The notes under the pieces are model-generated. The model ran no database searches. It had not been told where the DNA came from and saw nothing but the letters and a program-made list of their open reading frames with translations. 61,756 nt of DNA from Tissierellia bacterium. GTDB taxonomy: Bacteria; Bacillota; Clostridia; Tissierellales; Sedimentibacteraceae. The position numbers and the translations under genes were made by a program. Position 1 is the stretch's first letter, and every line of letters starts with the position of its first letter. This document shows positions 30,189-37,035 of this stretch, piece after piece. Where the stretch lies: positions 1-61,756 of the forward strand of contig JAAYRW010000055.1 in NCBI GenBank assembly GCA_012518555.1, given 5' to 3'.

Positions 30189-31445
30189 TTATACCTCCTC
30201 TGCTTTTTCATTTGCTCGCAAAACAACACAATCATCTATAAAAGATTTTTGATCGTATATGTCTTCTGCATGGGCTAAACAAGTTGGCGCTCCGCAAGAA
30301 CCACAATCAAGTCCTGGAAGTTTACTGAGAATTTTTTTTATTTTTTCATTTTTTTCAATGGCTTCTTTAATATTAAGTTTTAAGGGATTATCCTCATCTT
30401 TAAGCTTGTAGTCAAAAACCCCTAAATTATACATTTCATCGAATTTATTCATATCAGGATTCATACTTTCATCCTTTAAACTGTTTGTTATATAATTAAT
30501 ATGACTGCTGGCTATAAAGGGATTGACTATATTAAATATACCTCCAACGCATCCTCTGGCACAGGCTAAGGCTTCTACATAGTCCACATCACTTAACCTG
30601 CCATTTTCAATTTCATCTAATATTTGAATTATATTTTCCATACCATGAACAGCTATGTAATTATTTATTCCTGCATTTTTAGATTGTCCTCCTGCCACTG
30701 CCCATTCAATTCCTGATAAAGATGGATAAGAACATTTATTATTATCTTTTCTTTTAATTTCTCTATAAAGATTGCCGTAGATGGTATTAAAGGGTATAAC
30801 CCAATCTACATAAGACTCATAATCTCCTATAGGATTGGTTACTGCAAGAAGTTTTGCAGGGCAAGGTGATATATAAAAAACTCCAATTTCCTCATCTTTT
30901 AAATTATATTTATCTTTTGCTTTTTCCCTTGAAAGCATGGCAGCAATTTCCATAGGCTCTCTTAACAAAACTAAATTATCCATCAATGACGGATATCGGT
31001 TTTTAATTAGTCTTACGGCAGCAGGACAATTGGTAGCAATGAAGGGTCTTATTGTTTTTTCATTATCTATTTTTAGTTTTATAGCCTTTGCAACTAAATC
31101 CGCTGCCCAGCTTACGTCATAGACATAATCAAAACCTAAAGCTAAAATCGAATTTTGAACTTTGCAAATATCTGTTCCTTTAGTGAACTGACCGTATAAA
31201 GGAGTAGAAATGATTGCTATTTTATACTTATAGGCCGGATTATGCATTTCATCATGCCACTCGATAGATTCCGGAGTATAAGCATTGTAAGGACATACCT
31301 TTACACATTCACCGCAATGAATGCATTTAGATACATTAATGTATGCTTTGCCGTTAATTAAACGTATAGCCTGTGTAGGACATCTCTTCATACAATTTGT
31401 GCATCCTCTGCACAAAACTTTGTCCAGCATAATTGAAAAGTTCAT
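30189..31445 (-). CDS. [FeFe]-hydrogenase-like Fe-S protein (group D / putative sensory type)
   Basis: N-terminal 2x[4Fe-4S]; divergent H-cluster motifs ATNCPA, SPCPAK, EALACARGCVGG; C-terminal LPGLDCGSCGAPTC..C Fe-S motif. Confidence 0.87.
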   Translation of the reverse strand: MNFSIMLDKVLCRGCTNCMKRCPTQAIRLINGKAYINVSKCIHCGECVKVCPYNAYTPESIEWHDEMHNPAYKYKIAIISTPLYGQFTKGTDICKVQNSILALGFDYVYDVSWAADLVAKAIKLKIDNEKTIRPFIATNCPAAVRLIKNRYPSLMDNLVLLREPMEIAAMLSREKAKDKYNLKDEEIGVFYISPCPAKLLAVTNPIGDYESYVDWVIPFNTIYGNLYREIKRKDNNKCSYPSLSGIEWAVAGGQSKNAGINNYIAVHGMENIIQILDEIENGRLSDVDYVEALACARGCVGGIFNIVNPFIASSHINYITNSLKDESMNPDMNKFDEMYNLGVFDYKLKDEDNPLKLNIKEAIEKNEKIKKILSKLPGLDCGSCGAPTCLAHAEDIYDQKSFIDDCVVLRANEKAEEV

Positions 31446-31454
31446 TTTTACCTC

Positions 31455-31880
31455 CTACAAACAAACGGTAACTGTAATCTTAGTTCCTGAACTGTCTGTT
31501 TTGATTTCCAATCGATCGGAATATTTTTTTATATTAGGTAGTCCCATTCCGGCACCAAAACCAAGCTCTCTAACTCTTTCTGTAGCAGTTGAAAAGCCTT
31601 CTGTGAAAGCCATATCTACGTCACTAATTCCCGGGCCTATATCTTCACAAATTATTACTATTTTATTTTCATAAATATCACAGTGAATTTTGCCACCATA
31701 TGAATGAATTGCAATATTAATTTCTGCTTCATATGATATAATTGCTGTTTTTCTAATAATACTGGCATTTATTCCTAAGGATTTCAAATTACTCTTTATG
31801 GAACTTGCACCTTTCCCTGCAAGCATAAAATCATTGGCTATAACAGTGTAACTATATCTTTTCAGGAATCTGTCACCCAT
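31455..31880 (-). CDS. RsbT/anti-sigma-like Ser/Thr kinase
   Basis: YEAEIN, DIGPGI, GFSTA..VRELGFGAGMGLPN. Confidence 0.9.
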   Translation of the reverse strand: MGDRFLKRYSYTVIANDFMLAGKGASSIKSNLKSLGINASIIRKTAIISYEAEINIAIHSYGGKIHCDIYENKIVIICEDIGPGISDVDMAFTEGFSTATERVRELGFGAGMGLPNIKKYSDRLEIKTDSSGTKITVTVCL

Positions 31881-32226
31881 TAAGTTCAATTCCTTTCATT
31901 CCATTTAAAACCAACAAGCCGCAAGTTTTAAACATGGTATATTTAGTTACTAGTATAGTAAGGGAGTTTTCCTTTGCCATTTCTATTATTTCTTTTCCAG
32001 GTCTCTTCCCTCTTACAAATACTACTGTAGAAATATCCAACATCTCCGCTGTTCTTATTACCTGTGGATTGTTCAAGCCTGTTATAAGCATGGAGTCATT
32101 ATTTGCATAGGCTAATACGTCACTCATTAAATCACTGGCAAAACCGTACTTAACTTCTAAATTTTCATTAACCCTATCCGTCAATATTTCTGCCTTTAGA
32201 ATGTCAGCAACTTCTATAACCTTCAT
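31873..32226 (-). CDS. DRTGG-domain protein
   Basis: ASDLMSDVLA, ITGLNNPQVIRTAEM, FVRGKRP. Confidence 0.87.
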   Translation of the reverse strand: MKVIEVADILKAEILTDRVNENLEVKYGFASDLMSDVLAYANNDSMLITGLNNPQVIRTAEMLDISTVVFVRGKRPGKEIIEMAKENSLTILVTKYTMFKTCGLLVLNGMKGIELNG

Positions 32227-32238
32227 ATTTATCCCACC

Positions 32239-33105
32239 TTATATTTCTAAATAATTTTCAATAAATGCCTTGCCACCTACATATACATCTAAAATATTGT
32301 CTACTTCATTAATTTTCACAAATACCATGCTTTTTTCATTCATAGCTTCACCCTGAATAATCTCAACAGAAGAATTTGCTAAAGCTCTGCTATAGAGTAA
32401 ACTTGCTAAGGCACCATTGGAAGTACCCGTGGCACATTCTTCGTCAATTCCTACTAAAGGAGCGAAATTCCTAGCATAAATAGTACCCTCATCTATAGTA
32501 AAAACATGGTAACCGATTACATTGTTTTCTTTTGATATCTTACTTATAGCCTTGAAATTAGCATTAATGCTATTAAGGATGTCCCTGGATTTAACGGGAA
32601 TCATAATATCTTTAAGACCTGTCGATACAATGGTCGGATATAATTGACAACCCTCTAAACCCATATGTCTTTCATCTAAGTTCAGTGATTTTGCTATTTG
32701 TTTAATCTTGTCTCTAAGATCATTGTAAATTCGTGGACTAGTCTGTTGCATCAGAACATATACACCATCCTTAAAGGTTAAGTTAATCTTTAACCTACCT
32801 GCCTTGGTGTTTTGATAAATAACCTTGGTCTCATTATTACCTTTAATAAAGCCTTTCTCCGCCAAGTAATAAAATGCAGCAATAGTAGCATGACCACATA
32901 GATCTACTTCAGAAACAGGCGTGAAAAAACTAACATCATAGTTATTATCGTCCCTTTTTAAAACAAATGCTGTTTCAGATAAACCTATTCGGCAAGCGAT
33001 TTCCTGTTTCTTCTCATCTGCTACTTGCTTTTCTAGAATAACAACTCCTGCGCCATTACCGCCGCCCCCTTCATATGAAAATGATTTCACAATTGCAACT
33101 TCCAT
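32239..33105 (-). CDS. PhzF-family isomerase
   Basis: GGNGAGVV, SETAF, EVDLCGHAT, RNFAP..GIDEE.ATGT. Confidence 0.93.
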   Translation of the reverse strand: MEVAIVKSFSYEGGGGNGAGVVILEKQVADEKKQEIACRIGLSETAFVLKRDDNNYDVSFFTPVSEVDLCGHATIAAFYYLAEKGFIKGNNETKVIYQNTKAGRLKINLTFKDGVYVLMQQTSPRIYNDLRDKIKQIAKSLNLDERHMGLEGCQLYPTIVSTGLKDIMIPVKSRDILNSINANFKAISKISKENNVIGYHVFTIDEGTIYARNFAPLVGIDEECATGTSNGALASLLYSRALANSSVEIIQGEAMNEKSMVFVKINEVDNILDVYVGGKAFIENYLEI

Positions 33106-33235
33106 CTGTATCTCTCCATTTTTTTATTTCTATTATAGTTCAAAAACCTTATAAATACAAGTACAATTGAGAGATATGCTTATTCCTAATGTTTCTTTAT
33201 TAAGTTGGAATTTTTTTGAAACTTAATAAAAATCC

Positions 33236-33264
33236 TTTACAAAACTCTTTCTTTACCTTATAAT
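33236..33264 (+). promoter_or_regulatory. Sigma-A promoter of tRNA-Leu
   Basis: TTTACA-N17-TATAAT, 12 nt before the tRNA. Confidence 0.75.
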
Positions 33265-33275
33265 ATATTGGTATT

Positions 33276-33358
33276 GCGGTTGTGGCGGAATGGCAGACGC
33301 ACTAGCTTGAGGGGCTAGCGAATGTATATTCGTGGGGGTTCAAATCCCCCCAACCGCA
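33276..33358 (+). tRNA. tRNA-Leu(GAG), CCA not encoded
   Basis: GCGGTTG/CAACCGC acceptor stem, D-loop GG, anticodon arm CTAGC-TTGAGGG-GCTAG, long variable arm, TTCAAAT T-loop, discriminator A. Confidence 0.96.
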
Positions 33359-33360
33359 TC

Positions 33361-33394
33361 AAAAAACCAGCCATATCTTCATGGCTGGTTTTTT
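33361..33394. terminator. Bidirectional terminator between tRNA-Leu and the amidase gene
   Basis: AAAAAACCAGCCAT-loop-ATGGCTGGTTTTTT. Confidence 0.88.
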
Positions 33395-34133
33395 ACATTC
33401 TTGTAATAAATTCTCCGAATACGTATCCGTCAATTCCGTTATAGTATATTCTGTACCACTCCCCTACCTGTTCTGTTATAGTAACTATTGCACCATTTGG
33501 TACCATTCCAATAACTTCTCCTGTTAAAGCAGGTCCGTTTCTTATGTTTAAGTAACCACCGGCTGTCGTAACTCTTCCCATCTGTCCTGTTCCCGGCTGC
33601 TCTTGTTGACCGCTAAAATATTGATTAACAGAATCTGCTATAGCTCTTGCTATAGTATCGATATTGTTGGTTATCCAGTTGGCATCTTCTATATTGTCAT
33701 GGAAGCCAACTTCTAATAATACCGATGGAGCATTAGTCCTAGAAACTTCCCCTAAAGTCGTTGTAGTAGCCGTTCTTACTAAATCTGGAAGAGGATATAT
33801 TTGTCTGAAATTCTCAACTAATAAATTAGCCATTCTTTCGCCGTTAATACTTCCCGGATAATAAAAAGCAATCACTCCTCTGTTTCTACCTTCCTGTCCC
33901 GGACCCGATGCATTAGAATGTATTGCAAGATGAAAATCAACATTTCTTGCATTGGAATCTCTTATAGAAGAACCCGCAGTCATGTCAGGAGTATTTCTGT
34001 AATAGTTTATACCATATTGTTGAAGGTAAGGAATCATAGCATCAACAATTCGGTTCATCCAATATTCTTCATTACCTTCCGTTATGAATAGATTGTATTC
34101 CTGTGTAGAGGGACTTAAATATATAGTAGGCAT
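33393..34133 (-). CDS. N-acetylmuramoyl-L-alanine amidase (Amidase_3-like) with C-terminal SH3b domain
   Basis: YLSPSTQE, HLAIHSNA, LLEVGFHDN, LNIRNGP...WYRI..GYV. No signal peptide; start at MPTIY after GGAGG. Confidence 0.88.
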   Translation of the reverse strand: MPTIYLSPSTQEYNLFITEGNEEYWMNRIVDAMIPYLQQYGINYYRNTPDMTAGSSIRDSNARNVDFHLAIHSNASGPGQEGRNRGVIAFYYPGSINGERMANLLVENFRQIYPLPDLVRTATTTTLGEVSRTNAPSVLLEVGFHDNIEDANWITNNIDTIARAIADSVNQYFSGQQEQPGTGQMGRVTTAGGYLNIRNGPALTGEVIGMVPNGAIVTITEQVGEWYRIYYNGIDGYVFGEFITRM

Positions 34134-34162
34134 TATAATCCTCCATTTCATTATTTATAGTT

Positions 34163-34191
34163 TATTTTATGCTGTTTTTTAGCAACTGTGC
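34163..34191 (-). promoter_or_regulatory. Putative sigma-K promoter of the amidase gene
   Basis: Minus strand gcAC-N16-CATAAAATA. Confidence 0.5.
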
Positions 34192-34236
34192 AATGCTATT
34201 TATAATAATGCTACATATAATGTATGGGGGGATTAA

Positions 34237-34335
34237 ATGATTTACCGAATATGGAGGTTTGTTAAAAAGCATATATTTCTTATGATATTTATATTTTGTA
34301 TATTGATAATTGTATATTCTCTTCTATTTACTTAG
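34237..34335 (+). CDS. Unannotated 32-aa hydrophobic peptide
   Basis: MIYRIWRFVKKHIFLMIFIFCILIIVYSLLFT; GGGGGGA RBS just upstream of the ATG. Confidence 0.5.
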   Translation: MIYRIWRFVKKHIFLMIFIFCILIIVYSLLFT

Positions 34336-34378
34336 TGATAGCTAGAAGAATAGGCAGGGGAATGCAATACCAAAGGGC

Positions 34379-34403
34379 AAGCCGTGGATACAATCCACGG
34401 CTT
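34379..34403. repeat. Perfect GC-rich hairpin
   Basis: AAGCCGTGGAT-ACA-ATCCACGGCTT. Confidence 0.75.
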
Positions 34404-34471
34404 AAGGCAAAAAATTTAAGAGGCATTTATAAATCTTAAATTTACAAATGTAATAACATTATACTACTTTT

Positions 34472-35005
34472 TTAAAATATTTCAATTGTTTTTTTATATT
34501 CTTCCCTTAAGATTGACATTAAATGCAAATCAAAATATTCATTGTCTCTCTTAGCTGCATTTCTCATTATACCTTCATATTTAAATCCTAAACTTAAATA
34601 AAGCTTTTCTGCAGGATTTCCCCTATAGAAATCTAATGATACCCTTTCCATTTTTAAAGTATTAAAGCAATAATCTAAAAGTAATATCATTGCTTCTTTT
34701 CCGTATCCTTTGCCTAAATAATCCTTTTCACCTATGTAGATCCGTGTTATATCCATGGAATCTGACTCTTTTGATATTTTAGAAAGATGTATTCTACCTA
34801 TAGGATTTCGATTTTTAAAAACAATTGTATATTGTTGGTTAGATATATCTTCTTCTCTTAGAATAAATTCTCGTACTACTTCTTCATAAGTTCGTTCCTT
34901 ATTGATAGTTAAAAATTCTTTAATATAATCCTCTTGTTCCCACTTAGTGAATATTTCACAATCATCAAAAGTACTTTTTCTAATAACAATATTTTCAGAG
35001 ACCAT
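34472..35005 (-). CDS. GNAT (RimJ/RimL-like) N-acetyltransferase
   Basis: YLGKGYGKEAM, LYLSLGFKYEG.MR, DLHLMSILREE. Confidence 0.9.
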   Translation of the reverse strand: MVSENIVIRKSTFDDCEIFTKWEQEDYIKEFLTINKERTYEEVVREFILREEDISNQQYTIVFKNRNPIGRIHLSKISKESDSMDITRIYIGEKDYLGKGYGKEAMILLLDYCFNTLKMERVSLDFYRGNPAEKLYLSLGFKYEGIMRNAAKRDNEYFDLHLMSILREEYKKTIEIF

Positions 35006-35011
35006 TTTAAC

Positions 35012-35533
35012 TCATCCTTTGTATTTTATTTTATTATATCTTATAGATATGGATTTTTCAAGAATATGTCTACTTTCCTCCACTATTCCTTTAAGCCCCA
35101 TTACTACAAGCAAAAAAAACAAATAATTCTTATAGCTATGTATTATTATAATAAAACAAATAACAAAAAATATATTTGTCATAACTATGTAACGGCTAAC
35201 AGTTTTCACAGGCAAAAAAAATTCCATAATTGTTCTACATATATTCCCTCCGTCTAAAGGTACTATTGGAACTAAGTTCATATATGCTAAAAATAGGTTT
35301 ATATTTGCGAAGTATGAATATTCTGTATTTCTTAGTCCGAAATACAAAGCTAAATTACAGCCGGGACCTGAAAAAAACAAGAGTATTTTTTTAAAATATG
35401 AAACATTTTCTAAGTTAGCATCAAAATTAAAGCCGAACAAGGTAATTTTTACTTTTGAAAACTTAATATTCAGCAATATTGCCGAAAATAAATGGGCAAC
35501 TTCATGGGCGGAAAGGGCTATTATTAGCGCCAT
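35012..35533 (-). CDS. spoIVFB: M50 site-2 protease, SpoIVFB-like (short)
   Basis: HEVAH, SGP..N, NLVPIVPLDGG; follows an M23 gene. Confidence 0.75.
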   Translation of the reverse strand: MALIIALSAHEVAHLFSAILLNIKFSKVKITLFGFNFDANLENVSYFKKILLFFSGPGCNLALYFGLRNTEYSYFANINLFLAYMNLVPIVPLDGGNICRTIMEFFLPVKTVSRYIVMTNIFFVICFIIIIHSYKNYLFFLLVVMGLKGIVEESRHILEKSISIRYNKIKYKG

Positions 35534-35541
35534 TACCTAAA

Positions 35542-36165
35542 TTAATCTGTCAAATCCAAAAATTCCGAAGGATTAATTGAAACTCCGTCCTCCCATACTT
35601 CTATATGGAGAATCATATTCTCATCAAGGGCTCCTATAATTTCTCCCTTGGATAAACTATCCCCCTCTTTAACGAAGGCTTCGCTTATTTTGCCGTAGAT
35701 GAATGTTCTATCTTCATTTTGTACTACAATGTAGCCAGAAAGATTTTCATTTGTACCCATTGAAACGACTTTTCCTTCTGTTATAGATTTCACCGATTGA
35801 GTCTCGGATTTAATATCTATACCATGATTGTAAAAGGATTCTCCATTTGCATTGTTAATTCCATGCTTACGGTAAAGACTACCTGAAACAGGCGCAGCCT
35901 GGTTTTTTGCAGAAACAAAAGGTAATTTATTTCTTGCAGCTATAGCAACACCTGCAATGGTATCTCTTACTTCTAAAATTTTTATACTTGCATTCATTTT
36001 TTCTTCCGCAGCATTTATAAATTTATCCGACAAGTCTGAGTTTAAATTTTTTGTTACTATTACGGCCCCTACTAAAATTATGCTAAAAAGAACTTGTAAA
36101 GCTAATTTTTTATTAAGTTGTTCTTTCCTTTTAAAATTAAACTTTCTTTTTGTTAACTTATTCAT
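35542..36165 (-). CDS. spoIVFA: M23/LytM-fold membrane protein, SpoIVFA-like
   Basis: N-terminal TM, HGIDI, LHIEV, NP; synteny with the M50 gene and a sigma-E-like promoter. Confidence 0.7.
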   Translation of the reverse strand: MNKLTKRKFNFKRKEQLNKKLALQVLFSIILVGAVIVTKNLNSDLSDKFINAAEEKMNASIKILEVRDTIAGVAIAARNKLPFVSAKNQAAPVSGSLYRKHGINNANGESFYNHGIDIKSETQSVKSITEGKVVSMGTNENLSGYIVVQNEDRTFIYGKISEAFVKEGDSLSKGEIIGALDENMILHIEVWEDGVSINPSEFLDLTD

Positions 36166-36184
36166 TTCACCACCCCTTCCATAC

Positions 36185-36214
36185 ATTTTATTAGAGTGTT
36201 ACAAGCTTTATTAC
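36185..36214 (-). promoter_or_regulatory. Putative sigma-E promoter of spoIVF
   Basis: Minus strand gtaATA-N16-AATAAAAT, same layout as the bofA promoter. Confidence 0.55.
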
Positions 36215-36253
36215 TAAATTAAAAAAAATGTATGGAATATCTAAAAAGGGAAG

Positions 36254-36310
36254 GGGGACACAGCTCTAATGGGGTTAGTCTCTGCGGGTGAGCATTAGAG
36301 GAATGTCAGG
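36254..36310. repeat. Family 1 palindromic element (reverse orientation)
   Basis: GGGGACACAGCTCTAATG ... CATTAGAGGAATGTC; overlaps the stop of the MinD-like gene. Confidence 0.7.
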
Positions 36311-36975
36311 CTGAGGTAGGGGGACAAATTAAGAAAATTGTCGGTGAAGATAGTTTGGTAATCGGCTTTTGAATACTTTGAATTTTCTTCAATTACTGTA
36401 GCTACAGTAGTTTCTGTGAGTTTTTCTATATCTTTTAAAGTCATCATCACTCCCTTTTTCGCCGCCTTTTTATTGTATTTATTTATTATGAGGGTGAATT
36501 TATCTACCTTTGAAGCTAAAACTTTATCCGTATTTATTTCCTTTATACAGGAAAAATCATTATTGTTAATGGATACAACATTTTGAATTTGTGTGAAATC
36601 TATATAGCTATGTGTTAACTTATCAATATCAATTATTACTTGATCGTAATTTTCTGCATACTTTAATAATTTAAGGAAGTAGTCTTTGTTTATTTTATCT
36701 ATCTTTCCAGGAATTCTAGGACAAGGTAGAAGGCTTAAATTTTCCTCAATTTCTATTACAGCTTGTTCCAATGGACAAGTATCTGTAAAGACATCTACAA
36801 TATCATAAATAATATTTTCATTTACATTAAGATATTCAGACATTTTAATTTTTCCTGATGAAAGGTCCATCATTAATACATTCTTACCCTGTCTAGAAAG
36901 TTCAATTCCTGCTCTTATGCTTATAAGGGTCTTTCCTATTTGTTTTTTTTGTGAAGCTGTTAGTATGACGTTCAT
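36295..36975 (-). CDS. Degenerate MinD/ParA-family ATPase
   Basis: SQKKQIGKT altered P-loop, VLMMD, IIYDIVDV..C.LEQA, YDQVIID; minD position after pbp2; AGGAGGAGG RBS. Confidence 0.75.
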   Translation of the reverse strand: MNVILTASQKKQIGKTLISIRAGIELSRQGKNVLMMDLSSGKIKMSEYLNVNENIIYDIVDVFTDTCPLEQAVIEIEENLSLLPCPRIPGKIDKINKDYFLKLLKYAENYDQVIIDIDKLTHSYIDFTQIQNVVSINNNDFSCIKEINTDKVLASKVDKFTLIINKYNKKAAKKGVMMTLKDIEKLTETTVATVIEENSKYSKADYQTIFTDNFLNLSPYLSLTFL

Positions 36976-37000
36976 TAATTGCCTCCTCCTTTTAATCCTG

Positions 37001-37029
37001 AGATTTTTCACCTTCAGTTCAAAATGACA
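37001..37029. repeat. Family 2 half-element
   Basis: AGATTTTTCACCTTCAGTTCAAAATGACA, similar to 2765-2790. Confidence 0.35.
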
Positions 37030-37035
37030 CGAAAT

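Noticed and set aside
34370-34415. c-di-GMP-I riboswitch-like GGCAA...GCAAA pattern
   Set aside because: Lacks the GNRA tetraloop/receptor and the second stem; better explained as a simple hairpin.
35003-35014. TGA stop of the spoIVFB-like gene is in frame with the GNAT gene (possible Sec or readthrough fusion)
   Set aside because: Not a Cys-homologous position, no SECIS-like hairpin, and the GNAT gene has its own start. No convincing selenoprotein was found in the window.
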